NCBI RefSeq assembly: GCF_030028105.1
Contig: NC_092380.1
Coordinates: 17,075,144-17,139,143, forward strand
From: Mobula birostris
Taxonomy: Eukaryota
DNA length: 64,000 nt
Reading direction: 5' to 3'
Shown piece by piece: positions 1 through 12,388 of this stretch (position 1 is its first letter; every line of letters starts with the position of its first letter). The notes under the pieces are model-generated. The model was not told where the DNA came from and ran no database searches. It saw nothing but the letters and a program-made list of their open reading frames with translations. The translations under genes were made by a program, and so were the position numbers.

Positions 1-1185
1 GTCATGCCACAGCATCTCAATTGGGTTAAGGTCTGGACTCTGACTCAGCCATTCCAAAACATGAGTTTTCTTCTTTTTAAACTATTCAGCTGTTGGTTTA
101 CTCTTGTGTTTCGTATCATTGTCTTGTTGCATTGTCCAACTTCTATTCAGTTCCAGGTGACGGACCGCTAGCCTGACATTTTCTTTTAAAATGTATTGAT
201 ACAATTTTGAATTCATTGTTCCTTCAACGATTGCAAGCTGTCCAGTTCCTGAGGCACCATGATGCTCCTTCCACCATGCTTCACAGTTAGGGATGAGATT
301 TTGTGTTGATGTGCAATGCCCTTTATCCTCCAAACATAGTGGTGTGCATTTCTGCCCAAAAGTTTAGCTTTTGTCTCATCTGTTCGCATAACATTGTCCC
401 AGAAGCGTTGTGGAACCACCAGGTGGTCCTTTGCAAACTTGAAATGTGTAGCAATGTTTTTTTTTGAAGAGTAATGCTTTCCTCTGTAGTGTCCTTCCAT
501 GAACAGTATCATTCTTATAGTCGACACATGAACAGAGACTTCGGTAAATTCTAGAGATTTCTAGAGGGTTCTCTTTCACCTCCTTCAGCATTGCACATTG
601 CACCCTTGGTGTGATCTTTGCAGGATGCCCGTTCCTAGGGAGAGTGGCAACAATACTGACTTTCCTCCGTTTGTGGACTATCTCTCGTACTGTGGACTGA
701 TGAACAGTCAGGTCTTTGGAAATGCTTTTGTACCCTTTTTCAGCTTCATGCATCTCCACAATTCTTCTTCACGGGTCTTCTGAAAATTGTTTTGATTGAG
801 GCATAGCGCACATAAACAGATCTTTCTTGAGAAGAGCAGGCTTTGTCAGTAACCTGACTTTGTGTCTTTTTTTATAGGGCAGGGCACCTCTACAACCCAC
901 ACATCCAGTCTCATCTCATTGATTGGATCACTTGACTCCAAATAGCTCTTGTAGAAGACATTACCCCAGAGGTTCACATACTTTTTTTGAACTTGGACTG
1001 TGATTGTTTAGATGCCGTTCTCCGTATTGATGAAAAGAAGTACAATTGTTTGTGTGTTATTAGTTTAGGCAGATTGTGTTTGTCTATTATTGTGGCTTCA
1101 ATAAAGATCAGATCACATTTTATGAGTAATTAACACAGAAAACTAGGCAATTGCAAAGCGTTCACATCTTTTTCTTGCAGCTGTA
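1..1185 (-). mobile_element. Tc1/mariner DNA transposon remnant (5' part of transposase plus left TIR), in an MCM5 intron
   Basis: Broken minus-strand ORFs give Tc1 motifs: paired-like HTH (GYKSISKDLTVHQSTVREIV), first catalytic region (TDETK), VKHGG and QQDND. Element ends ...CAGCTG|TA at 1183-1185, with a GTTCACAT direct repeat at ~972 and ~1160 (IR/DR type). Confidence 0.9.
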
Positions 1186-1470
1186 TATCTGCCATATCTT
1201 CATCTTTTGACAAACTTCACTGCCAATTTTTGTGTTATCTACAAATTTACTAATATGCCCATCTACATTTTTATTAGTCATTTGTATCACAGAAGTCCCA
1301 GCACTGATCCCTGGGATCACAGGGTTCTGCAAGTATTGGGTCTCACAGTGAGTTAGTGGATTAAACTGTAGCTCTATGGTTCGGAAGGGGTTGAGGGACA
1401 GTTTGGTGCTTGGGAGGTGAGGTGTCAGTGGTGTGTCGGACTCTGCCCCAACATGGCCTGTTGTTCACAG

Positions 1471-1598
1471 GAGTGGAGGGCTTCACCACGGCTGAGGACC
1501 AGGAGATGCTGTCCCGTATCGAGAAGCAACTGAAGCGTCGCTTTGCCATCGGGTCGCAGGTGTCTGAGCACAGCATCGTCCAGGATTTCCTGAAGCAG
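1471..1598 (+). CDS. MCM5: MCM5 penultimate coding exon
   Basis: ttcacag|G acceptor and CAG|gtggg donor. Translation [43 protein letters not shown] matches the MCM5 C-terminal winged-helix region. Confidence 0.97.
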
Positions 1599-2386
1599 GT
1601 GGGTTCCTCTGTGCGGAGCCACATCGCTGGGTTGTGGGGCTGAATGACCTCCCTCTTTCTGCTGGTCGTGCTGGGAGCAATGGAAGATGGTGGTGCCAGC
1701 GCTGGCGGGCCATTGACCGAGGAGGCCAGGGGCTGTTGTTGCCGAGGGCTGGTGGGGTGCAGTTCAACTGGCAGTGTTGACTGACCCCCTTTCCCAGGAG
1801 TTTGAGGTTGGGCTGAGATCTCACCGGAGCCAGGACAGCAGGGTGCCGAGTGGTGGGGAGCCCATGGATGCCACAGGGATGTGCTGGGGTCATTCATCTG
1901 TCATGGTGGTGTATCTGTCGGCAAGCCCTGGATGAGGCGAGGGAAGTCCTAGTTGAGCAGGAGAGCTGGCAGATCCGTCCGACCCGAGTCACCTGCTGCT
2001 CAGCTGATGTTCCAGGCTCTGTTGGTGGTGAGATCTCTGTCTGGACTAGGGTGTTCATTGGGTCATGGTGCTGGTGGTATCTAACTTCTTGTTAGAGCAG
2101 GATGCCCAGCCCAGACGGTAAATGCAAGCCCAGGCTTGTGAAGTGGGTATTCCCTCCATGCGTGCTGTGTTAAGTGGTGAGGCGTGCACCATCACAGAAA
2201 CCCTGCCCCATCACACACCCATTGTTCATTGACAGGAAAAGGGTGGCTGCACTCATTGAAGGACTTGGCCTTATCTGGGCCCCAGGAAAGAGGGCAAAGG
2301 ACCTCGCGATGCGGAGCGCTTTCCCGCCCAGTGCTCGCTCTCGTGCCCCCACATTGAGTGTCATCTGTTCTTTTTACTCCTCGCAG

Positions 2387-2488
2387 AAATACCCAGAGCA
2401 CGCCATCTACAAGGTCCTTCAGCTGATGATGCGTCGGGGGGAGATCCAGCATCGCATGCAGCGCAAGGTGCTTTACCGTATCAAGTGA
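2387..2488 (+). CDS. MCM5: MCM5 last coding exon
   Basis: Pyrimidine tract plus cgcag| acceptor, phase 0. [33 protein letters not shown] is the MCM5 C-terminus. Confidence 0.97.
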   Translation, partial: KYPEHAIYKVLQLMMRRGEIQHRMQRKVLYRIK

Positions 2489-2625
2489 TGGCTGCCGCCT
2501 GGCCCAAGAGAGAGAGGAGGTGACTCCTGCATGACTGGCAGATACAGGTGCCCCTGTCTGATGGTGCTCATCCCTTGCCTTTCTGGTCTCCCATCCTAGC
2601 CAGGTCACTGGGAGTCAAACCGGAC

Positions 2626-2744
2626 AATAAACCATGTCCCAGCTCTGAACACACTTCATCCGGGCTGTATTTTTACCTACCTTGATTTTGATAAAGAAAG
2701 AAGTTTGTTACACAACACAGCTGCCTTTGTTATTCCCCAATAAA
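2626..2744 (+). terminator. MCM5 candidate polyadenylation signals (AATAAA at 2626 and 2739)
   Basis: Two AATAAA hexamers about 140 and 250 nt after the stop codon. Confidence 0.65.
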
Positions 2745-3049
2745 GTTGCTTGTCAGAATGAATTGTGTTCCTATGTTCTCAATAGGTTTCAATGGGTACA
2801 TTTCATGTCAGACAAATGTATACAATATACATCCTGAAATTCTTTTTCTTCGCAAACATCCACGAAAACTGAGTGCCCGAACGAATAAATGACAGTTAAA
2901 TGTTAGAACCCCAAAGCCCCCCTCCCACGCATAAGCAGTAGCAAATTGATGACCCATCATGGGTATATATTCCCAGCTCCCACTGATGCCCTCCCTTCCC
3001 CTGGACTGTCGCACCCAGATCCCTTCAGATTCGTCACACTGACTTCCAT

Positions 3050-6000
3050 TTTCTTCAGAGGCATCGCAGCTCGTGATTGTGAGTGTCTGCTGGTGTGTGG
3101 GAAGGGTACAAGCTTCAGATAGTAGATGAGTGACCACCAGGAGTAGTAAGGGGAGTAATCATTTGGTGTAGGCTTCCCATCAGTGGATACTGCTGGGGAG
3201 AGGGGTGACCTGTCAGGGCTGTGAGGCTCAACAGGGAAGGGTAAAGTCAGGTAGAACGCTAGGGAAAGGAGGTTCTGTGGCTGGGAAAGAGACCGGGATG
3301 ATGTGTTCCCTCCTAGATGATAGGATCAAGAATGGCTGCAGAATGTTCTCAAGAGGGATGGTGAGTAGCCAGAGTTTGTGGTGCACATTGACACTGGTGA
3401 TGTGGACGGAAAGGGGGAAAAGGTTCTGTGCAGTGAGTATAAGGAGTTAGAGAAGAGGCTGAAGTACAGGAATGTGAAGGTAGTAGTCCTGGATTACTCT
3501 CAGTATCATGTGCTAGTCAGGGCAGGAACAGAATGATAGCACAGGTGAAGGAGTAGCTGAGGAACTGGTGCAGGGGGCAAGGTTTCAGATTTCTGGATCA
3601 TTGGGATCTCCTCTGGGGGAGATGTGACCTGTACAAAAAAGGACGGGTTACACCTGAACCCGAGGAGGACCCATATCTTTGTGGGCAGTTTTGCTAGCGA
3701 TGTTGGGGAAGGCTTAAACTAACTTGTGCAGTGGGGCGGGAACCAGAGAGAGGGCAGTTTATATACAAATCAATGCATTGTGTAGTGAGACTGTGAGGAA
3801 GGATGGGCATTGGGGCAAAATAGAAAACGGTGATGAATACAGGACTGGAGGTGCTGTACTTGAACGCGTGCAGTATCTGGAATAAAGTAGATGGTCTTGT
3901 AGCGTAGTTAGAGACCGGCAGGTATGATGTGGGCATCTCTGAGTTGTGGCTGAAAGATCGTAACTGATAGCTTAACATCAAATCCTTAGGAAGTGGTGAC
4001 ATAAGAACGGAAGGTGTAGAATTCCTCTGGGTAAGAGTTAAGAAACTGCAAGGGTAAGAAAACCGATGGAAGTTGTATATTCTGAACACTAACCAGGATG
4101 TAGGCTATAAATCACAACAGGAGATTGAAGAGGTAATATTATGAGTCACGAGAGATTTCAATATGCAGGTAGATCTGGCAAATTAGATTGGTGCTGGATC
4201 TCAAAAGAATTTGTAGAAGGCCTATTATACAACTTTTTAGAGCAGTTTGTGGTTGAGCCCACTAGGGGAAAGGCAATTCTGGATTTGATGTAGTGTAATG
4301 AACTATATTTGATTAGGGAGCTTAAGGTAAAGGAACCCTTAAGGACGCAATAGATAGGATTTACTGTGCAGTTTGAGAGAGGGAAGCTAATGTATTAAAG
4401 TGATGTAAAGGAATTACAGAGGCATGAAAGAGAAGCTGGCCAAAGTTGATTTGAAGGGGACGCTATTAGGGATGATGGCAGAACAGCAATGGCTGAAGTT
4501 TCTGGGGGCAATTCAGAAGGCGCAGGATAGATACATCTCAAACGTGAAGTATTCTAAAGGGAGGATGAGATAACAGTGGCTTGACAAGGGAAGTCAAAGC
4601 ATAAAAGCAAAAGAGAGCATATAATATAGAAAAATTAGTGGGAAGATGGATGATTGGGAAGCTTCTTAAAAATCAACAGAATGCAACTAGCCATGTGAGA
4701 AAAGGTGAAATATGAAAGTAAGCTTGCCAATAATTTTAAAAGATACATAATTTTTTCCAGATACATAGTATAAAAGAGAGGTAAGTGGATATTATGACAC
4801 TGGAGAGGTAGTAATGGGGCACAAAGAAAGGGCAGACAAACTTTATAAGTATTTTGAGCTGGTTTACACTGAGTGTAGTTGCTATTACTAGGGAGAAGGT
4901 GCTTGGAAGCTGAAAGGTCTGAAGACAGATAGGTCAGATGGACTGCAACTCAAGGTTCTAAAAGAGGTAGCTGATAATATTGTGGAGGCATTAGTAATTT
5001 TCCAAGAATCTAGATTCTGGAATGGTTCTGGAGAATTGGAAAATTGAAACTGGCACTCCAATCTTTAAGAAGAAAGGAAATAATATATCAATTAGCCTGA
5101 CTTCAGTAGTTGGGAAGATATTGGGGACCATTATTAAGGAGGGGGTTTTGGGGTACTTTGAGACTTGTGTTAAAATAGGTCAAAGTTAGCATGACAAACA
5201 TGAGAAAATCTGCAGGTGCTGGAAATCTAAGCAACACATAAAATGCTGGAGGAACGCTGGAGGTCAGGCAGCATCGATGGAAAAGAGTAAACAGTTGGCA
5301 TTTTGGGCTGAGGCTTTTTATCAGGACACAGCATAGTTTCCTTGGGGAAAATCTGTTGAAATTCTTTGAGGAAATATTAGGCAGGATAGAGAAAGAGTCA
5401 GTGGATGTCATTTATTTGGATTTCCAGAAGACCTTTGACAAGGTGCCGCACATGAGGTTGCTTAAAAAGATCAGAGCCCATGGTATTACAGGAAAGATAC
5501 TAGCATGAATCAAAGATTGTCTCCTGCCAGTCAGCCAACGTGGTCTTTTCTGGTTGACTGTGGGTAACAAGTAGCGTTCTGGGTTGGTATTGGGATCGCT
5601 TCTTTTCATGTTATATGTCAATTATAAATAAAAAAAAATTAATGATTAGGATGATGGAATTTATGACCGTGGATGACACAAAGATGGAGGGGCAGGCAGT
5701 AAGGAGTCTGCTGAAGGTTTTGGATAGACTGGGAGAATAGGCAAAAATGTGGCAGATGGAATATAGTGTAGGGAAGTGGAATGGTCATGTTCTTCGGTAG
5801 AAGGGATAAAAATGTAGACTTTTTTTAAATCGGGAGTAATTTCAAAAATCAAAGGTACAAAAGGACTTGGGAGTCTTCGTGTGGGATTCTTTAAAAGGTT
5901 AACTTGTAGGTTGAGTCGGTGGTAAAGGAGGCAAATGCAATGTTAGCATTCAATTCGAAGGGTTAGAATACAAGACCAAGGGTGTAGTGCTGAGGCTTTA

Positions 6001-6520
6001 TAAGGCATTGGTCAGACCACACTTGGAGTATTGTGAGCTGTTTACCTGAGAAAACTGCTGGCATTGGAGAGGGTCCAGAGCAGATTCTGGGAATGATAGG
6101 GTAAATGTATGCAGAGCATTTGATGGCTCTGGGCCTGCACTTGCTGGAATTTAAGAAGAATGGCGTGTTAGGAATTCTTATTGAAACCCGTTGAATATTG
6201 AAAGGCCAAGATAGAGTGGATCTGCAGAGAATGTTTCCTTTAGTGGGTGAGTCTATGGACCAGAGGGACACAGCCTCAGAATAGAGAGATGTCTATTTAG
6301 AACAGAGATGAGAAATATCTTTAGCCAGAGAGCAATGAATCAGGAATTCATTGCCACAGACTGTTGTAGGGGCCAAGTCATTGAGTATATTTCAAGTGGA
6401 GGTTGATAGGTTCTTGATTAGTCAGGACATCAAAGGTTATGGGAGAAGACAAGAGAATGGAGTTGAGAGGAATGATGGAATGGCAGAGCAGACCCAATCA
6501 CTTAATTCTCCTGTGTTTTG
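3050..6520 (+). mobile_element. Degenerate CR1 LINE (ORF1 esterase remnant plus ORF2 endonuclease/RT remnants)
   Basis: ORF1-like DLYK..DGLHLNPR near 3625-3665. ORF2 motifs YLDFQKTFDKVPH (~5412-5450) and LYKALVRPHLEYC (~6000-6035). Many stops and frameshifts; boundaries approximate. Confidence 0.85.
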
Positions 6521-7735
6521 TATTCTGGAAAGGGTTAATTAGTCTGCGTGAAAATGGAGATACCTCGCTCTCCCTTATTACGGAGAGAGAGAGCCTGTGT
6601 TATGTCGAATGCCGGGTGAACACTGTAGTCTCTGGGGTGACTGCAAGTCTGTGTCTTTGCTGTTCCCTTGCTCGCGCCTGAGTGCTCGGTGGCGGTACAG
6701 AAGCTTTTTTTTGCCGGTGGGGGGAGGGGGGATTGTTGCTCACTGCCGCTTACGCGCGGGAGGGGACCTTGGGGTTCTAACATTTAACTGTTGCCTATTC
6801 TTGGGGCACTCTGTTTTCGTGGATGGTTGGGAAGAAAAAGCATTTCGAGATGTATATTGTATACATTACTCTGACATTAAATTGTACCTTTTGTGAGGTA
6901 CTGTGCTGCTACTGAAATATATTTCTTTGCCCACGTACTGTTCCCATTAACCCTTCCTGCTCCACATTGGCATTGGTTTATTATTGTTACATGTGCTGAG
7001 ATAGTGAAAAGCTTATCTTGTGGACTATTCGTACAGATCACGATGCAGTGGGGTAGAAGAAGGTAAAACAATAACAATCAAGTGTACAGGCCACAGTGAA
7101 AGTGCAGTGCAGTAAAGCAAGTGCAAGATTATAACGAGGTTGATTGTGAGGTCGAGAGCCCATCTTATTGTACAAGAGATCCATTCAATTGAGAGTCTGA
7201 TAACAGCAGCATAGAATCTGTCCTTGATCCTGGTGTTACGTGCTTTCGGGCATTTGTATCTTCTGCTGGATGGGAGAAGAGAGAATGTCCAGGTTGGTTG
7301 GTTTCTCAATTATGCTGACTGCTTTACTGAGGCGGAAAGAAACATAGACAGAGTCCATGAAGGTTTCTATGATGTATACTAAGCAGGTGATGGCCATTCT
7401 GGTATTGAACCCTCTATCTCCTGCTGTTCTTGCAGCCCTTGGAAGAACTGCCAGGTGCCCATGCACAGTCTGCCCCTTTCAGTTCTGGAGTACCACTCTG
7501 CTTCTCTAGAATCTCTGCTTTCTATATTTGTACCATTCCATTCTAGAATCTTCTGTTTTGAAAGCAAACAGTGTGTACTGACTTGGATGAAGGCAGCTGT
7601 GAGTGCCAGCTGGCTCCCATTGGCACCTTTGGGTGGTGTGTACAGCGGCTGAGTGTGGGCACAAGGGGAAGGGGGCAGGCGGGACTCGGTGGAACCAGAG
7701 CAGAGGCTGCCCCCGGCGTGGTGGGATGGGGCAAG

Positions 7736-8022
7736 ATGCTGGAGCAGCTTCAGAAGATCGACCAGCTAGGCCTAGCAGTGGAGGAGGCGTTTTATTCATG
7801 GACTGTCAGGAGCTGTGAGAGGCTGAGGGCCATTCCCTCTGTCCGGCTGCTGTTGAAGTGTGGCTGCGGCTTGTTGGCCTTCCTGGGGAGGGTGCTGTGC
7901 TTCAGGACGCTGGTGGCTTACTGGGGCTGGGCAACCAACTGGCTCAACGAATGGGTGGCAGAGTTTGAAGCCATAGCACAACTGGATCTGAAAATGCCGC
8001 TGGGAGTCCTGGAGGTGAACAG
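7736..8022 (+). CDS. Uncharacterised 3-exon gene, exon 1 (start codon provisional)
   Basis: aagATG at 7736, open GC-rich frame MLEQLQKIDQLG...VLEVN, ending AG|gtaac (phase 2). Confidence 0.7.
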
Positions 8023-8849
8023 GTAACGGACAAAAGGGCAGGGCGAGGTTTTATGGGTCAAAGAGCCGATTGCCCAGACCAAGGCAGAGGTGCCTTCTTT
8101 CACGCAAAGTTCCTGCAGCGCTACTTGTGAGAAGGCCGGGAGTCCCAGACCCTCGACCCACAGCACCAAAACAAGCTGGCTTCTTTTTATAACCCCACTG
8201 TTGGTAGGAAGTTTGCTCTCTTTCCCTCTAACTGAGAGGAACTTTAAAAAAAGTCATTTTTTAATGTAGTCAAAAATGCCAACTGAAAAATGGCAGCGAC
8301 ACAGAGATTACTATAAGCTTGGTCGGGGGAAGAGGGAGGGAGATTCCTCACAAGGTGGAACTGGGGCCTTATAAGGGTCGAGGGATAGCTCAGTGAGGCG
8401 AGAAATAGAGAAGAGTTACTGGGGAGGATTGTTGACTGACCCGGTTACAGAGAAGTGGAAAAGGGTATCAAAGAGTCACAGGGTGAATGGAAAGATAAGG
8501 AAAAATAAATCAGCCATGATTGAATGGTCATGCATACTCGTTGGACTGAATGGCCTAATTCTGCTCCTAAGAGCAGTGGGCTGTTGGTAAGTTAGTGGGG
8601 TGACGTTGGAGAAGGGCCAGGTGATGCTACAAGGCCAGTGTTGTATTAGGGAGAGTGGGTGGGATGCTGGAGGTGCTTGGATTAGAGCCAAAATGTTATG
8701 AGGATATATCTACCACCCCCTCTTCCCCAAGCCCTTCGCCCCTCCTGCTGTCCCCACTCCTCTGTAGCTCCTCTCCTCCCCAATCCAACCCCCTCCTTCC
8801 TCACCGTCCTCTGTGCCTCCCACCGCTCAGCCCTCCGCTCTGTGTTTAG

Positions 8850-9017
8850 GAAAAGGTATAGCTACTATCAGAACCTGCAGAATCAGATGCTGCCACTTAA
8901 CTGGGACCCGAGCACCCACCTGAGGCAGGATCTAGCCGCCGCCATGACCCTCAGGAAGTACCGCAATCATCTCCTCGACGTGCTGGAGTGGGCCAACCAG
9001 TCTGCAGACAAACAGAG
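8850..9017 (+). CDS. Uncharacterised 3-exon gene, exon 2
   Basis: Long pyrimidine tract, tttag|G acceptor, AG|gtac donor, phase 2-2, 168 nt: KRYSYYQNLQNQMLPLNWD...WANQSADKQR. Confidence 0.75.
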
Positions 9018-9304
9018 GTACACAGTGTCTGGCTCGCTGCTGGGGCAGTTATAAAGCGATCATCCTTGCTATTGTGGTGAGGCATTCATCACAAACCACC
9101 ACCCCACCCCACCCCCTGTCACCTACTGCCACAGCAGGATACAGGAGCGGAGACCCTCACGTCCAGCTGGTGGGCAAAGACAAAGCACTCCCAGCTCTGT
9201 GTGGGGGTCAGTGAAACCCAGGATGAGCTGGGGCTGTCTGAGTCCTCTCAGTGACCCAAGGCTCTTGTCCCCTAACCCTTGACCCAGGCTCATGTTATAC
9301 CTAA

Positions 9305-9815
9305 GCAACACACACACACAATGCTGGAGGAACTCAGCAGGCCGGGCAGCGTCGATGGAAAAGGGTAAATGGTTGACGTTTCGGGCCGAGACCTTTCATC
9401 AGGACTGGGGGAGCAAAAGATGAGAGGTCAGAGCAAGAAGGTGGGGGGAGGGGAGGAAGAAGCACAAGGTAGTAGGTGACAGGTGAAACCATGGGAGGAG
9501 GAAGGGTGAAGTAAAGAGCTGGGAAGTTGATTGGTGAGAGAGATACAGGGCTGGAGAAGGGGGAATCTGATAGGAGAGGACTGAAGGCCATGGAAGAAGG
9601 AAAAGTGGGGGAGGAGCACCAGAGGGAGACAATGGACAGGCAAGGAGATAAGGTGAGAGAGGGAAAGGGGAATGGGAACAGTGAAGTGGGGGAGGGGGGG
9701 GATTTACCAGAAATTTGAGAAATCGATGTTCATGCCATCGGGTTTGAGGCTACCCAGACAGAATATAAGGTGGTGTTCCTCCAACCTGAGTGTGGACTCA
9801 TTGCGACAATAGAGA
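9305..9815 (-). mobile_element. Penelope-like element 3' fragment with hammerhead-like motif
   Basis: Reverse complement gives the end of the GIY-YIG ORF (..RLEEHHLIFCLGSLKPDGMNIDFSNF), a pyrimidine-rich UTR and CTGATGA..GAAACGTC at 9371-9406. Confidence 0.8.
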
Positions 9816-9893
9816 CACGATCAGATTAAACACTATTCTGACTCCTACCCATATGCTGTTAATAGCTGTGTATGTTGACCTCTGAGTGTGAGT

Positions 9894-10199
9894 GGGCACG
9901 TGGCCAAGTGGTTAAGGCATTGGACTAGCTACCTGAAGGTCGTGAGTTCGAACCCCAGCCGGGGGAACGTGTCATGTCCTTGAGCAAGACACTTAACCAC
10001 ACATTGCTCTGCGATGACACTGGTGCCAAGCTGTATGGGTCCTAATGCCCTTCCCTTGGACAACATTGGTGTCATGGAGAGGGGAGACTTGCAACTGCTG
10101 GTCTTCCAAACAACCTTGCCCAGGCCTGTGCCCTGGAGAGCGAAGACTTTCCAGGCGCAGATCCATGGTCTCGCAAGACTAACGGATGCCTTTACTTTA
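9894..10199 (+). mobile_element. tRNA-derived SINE
   Basis: Pol III A box TGGCCAAGTGG and B box GAGTTCGAACC followed by a non-tRNA body. A related head occurs at 46727-46954. Confidence 0.8.
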
Positions 10200-10432
10200 T
10201 GTCCCAGACTGGGATGTATATGGATGGCTGAGAGTAGGAGTAGGTTTGGGTTTGGCCGAATATCCCTCTGCTGATGTAAACTCGACCTGGTCAATCAATC
10301 CCCGCTGGTCCTAATGCTGCATTTCTATGGAGGGACATTGGGGAGTGTTTTGGGGGCTTTACTGGTGTGATTGGGGAGAGGAGAGTGGCTGCTTTTACAG
10401 CCAAGACTATCAGGGACTGCTGTTTATTGCAG

Positions 10433-10604
10433 GATCATAATTCAGGAGGGAGAGCTGGCCAAAAACCTCCAAGCACTGGACGATCTGAAGAAGATCTGGA
10501 GACTCCTCGTCGAGGAAGAGAAGCGACTGAATGAGGAGCTGAAGAATCACCCAATGCAGAGTTTTACACAGGAAACCTCCAGCACAGGCTCTCTGCTCGA
10601 TTAG
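10433..10604 (+). CDS. Uncharacterised 3-exon gene, exon 3 (coiled-coil-like C-terminus)
   Basis: ttgcag|G acceptor in matching phase 2. IIIQEGELAKNLQALDDLKKIWRLLVEEEKRLNEELK...LLD*, followed by AATAAA at 10641. Confidence 0.75.
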
Positions 10605-10902
10605 CCTTTTGTCGCACCTCCAAGATTCTTATAAATAATAAATAAAAGCATTCAAAGAAAGATAAGTTGACAATTTGTTTCAATAGCCCAGTGGTTTCTT
10701 AGGCTGCAGACAAAACGGGTTTTGGGGAGTTATCCCTGTGCAGGCCTTGTTGGAAATGGTATTTCAGTCAAAAAGATAAATAAAAATGTCACACGGCGAC
10801 AATTGTTAAAAGTTATGTTTGCGGAATGAAGGTTTCATATAACATTCAGATGTGGCACCAAATAGATGCACTGCCCTGGGAAGAGATGTTCACATTATCT
10901 GC

Positions 10903-11284
10903 AACACTCACAACATGCTGGAGGAACATGCCGTGGAAACGATCAGTTGACGTTTCGGGCCGGAACCCTGCGTCAGGACTGTAGGGGGAAGGGGCAGAGG
11001 CCCTATAAAGAAGGTGGGGGGAGGGTGGGAAGGAGAAGGCTGGTAGGTTCCAGGTGAAAAACCAGTAAGGGGAAAGATAAAGGGGTTGGGGAGGGGAAGC
11101 AGGGAGGGGATAGGCAGGAAAGGTGAAGAAGGAATAGGAGAAAACACAATGGGTAGTAGAAGGAGGTGGAACCATGAGGGAAGTGATAGGCAGCTGGGGG
11201 AGGGGGCAGAGTGAAATAGAGATAGGGGAAGGGAGGGGGAGGGAATTACCGGAAGTTGGAGAATTCAATGTTCATACAAAGGGG
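10903..11284 (-). mobile_element. Penelope-like element 3' fragment with hammerhead-like motif
   Basis: Minus strand reads MNIEFSNFR*, then the UTR and CTGACGC..GAAACGTC. Flanked by cacattatctgc/cacatcatctgc (12-bp TSD, 1 mismatch). Confidence 0.8.
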
Positions 11285-11429
11285 CACATCATCTGCTTTC
11301 TCAGACAGAGTTGACAGTCCAGCGACAGAGTTTGTAAGTTGGGTGGGAGGGTAGGGTCTGTGTGTGTGTGTGTGTGTGTATGTTTTGGGGATTTGTGCTC
11401 TCACTGCTTCCCAATCTGACAACTCAACT

Positions 11430-11830
11430 CTCAACTGGCACCAGTAACAGCAGGTTATCTGGTCACGACCCACCCAGCCAACACACTTTTTGTCCCTCTT
11501 CCCTCCGGGAGAAGGCTCAGGAGCTTGAAGACTCATATGGCCAGATTTGGGAACAGCTTCCTTCCAACTGTGATAAGACTGCTGAATGGATCCTGAGCCG
11601 GATCTGGGCCGCACCCTCCAAATATCCGGACCTGCCTCTCGGTTTTTTTTTTGTACTACCTTACTTTCCATTTTTCTATTTTCTATTTATGATTTATAAT
11701 TTAAATGTTTAATATTTACTAATTTTTACTATTTTTAATATTTGTAATCCAGGGAGTGGGAAGTGCAGAATCAAATATCGCTGCGATGATTGTACGTTCT
11801 AGTATCAATTGTTTGGCGACAATAAAGTAT
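11430..11830 (+). mobile_element. Rex1/Babar-type LINE 3' fragment
   Basis: Encodes HPANTLFVPLPSGRRLRSLKTHMARFGNSFLPTVIRLLN, the typical C-terminal motif, followed by an AT-rich tail. Confidence 0.7.
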
Positions 11831-12388
11831 CTACTGTGTTGCAGTGGGTGGGATCTTCCTGTGCCTGGAGTGATTGTCACTTTTCCGACAGAGTTCTGTT
11901 GAGGTGAAAGGGGCTTTGAAATGGCAAGTGCTGTTCCGCAGTTAAGCTGCTCCATAATCCCTGGCCCAGAGGTAACAGGTACAGTGTACCTGGTTGTCTT
12001 TTATAGGCCATGTTTTTAGACTGCTTTTGCACTGCTCTGCACAGAAGTTCAAAGTACGCTTACAGTGTACAACCTTGAGATTCGTCTTCTTGCAGGCAGT
12101 CACGAAACAAAGAAGCACGATAGAGCCCATTCAGAGAAAAACCCCACACAACAAGAGCATCAAATAGCCAGTGCGTGTGGGGAAAAAACTGAACACATCA
12201 CGCGAACAATAACAAGTCAACAAGTGGCATTGACCGTAGAGTTTCCAAAAGTGAGTCCTCAGCACTGTGCCGATGGCCACAGGCCACAACTGCACGGTCA
12301 GTTCAGACCAACTCACGCAAATGGTGAAGGAAGAAATAGTTAACAAAAAGCACAAGGAACATGAACTGCAGAGACCCCAGAGTGAGTC

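Noticed and set aside
1361-2608. Minus-strand ORFs of 130-180 aa over MCM5
   Set aside because: They are antisense shadows of GC-rich exons and intron, with no recognisable motifs or splice support.
9894-9965. Possible tRNA gene
   Set aside because: A/B boxes are present, but the sequence runs into a SINE body shared with 46727-46954 and has no T-run terminator.
11359-11379. (TG)n microsatellite, plus poly-C at 24602-24625 and (CCCCCT)n near 26085-26116
   Set aside because: Ordinary simple repeats with no further structure.
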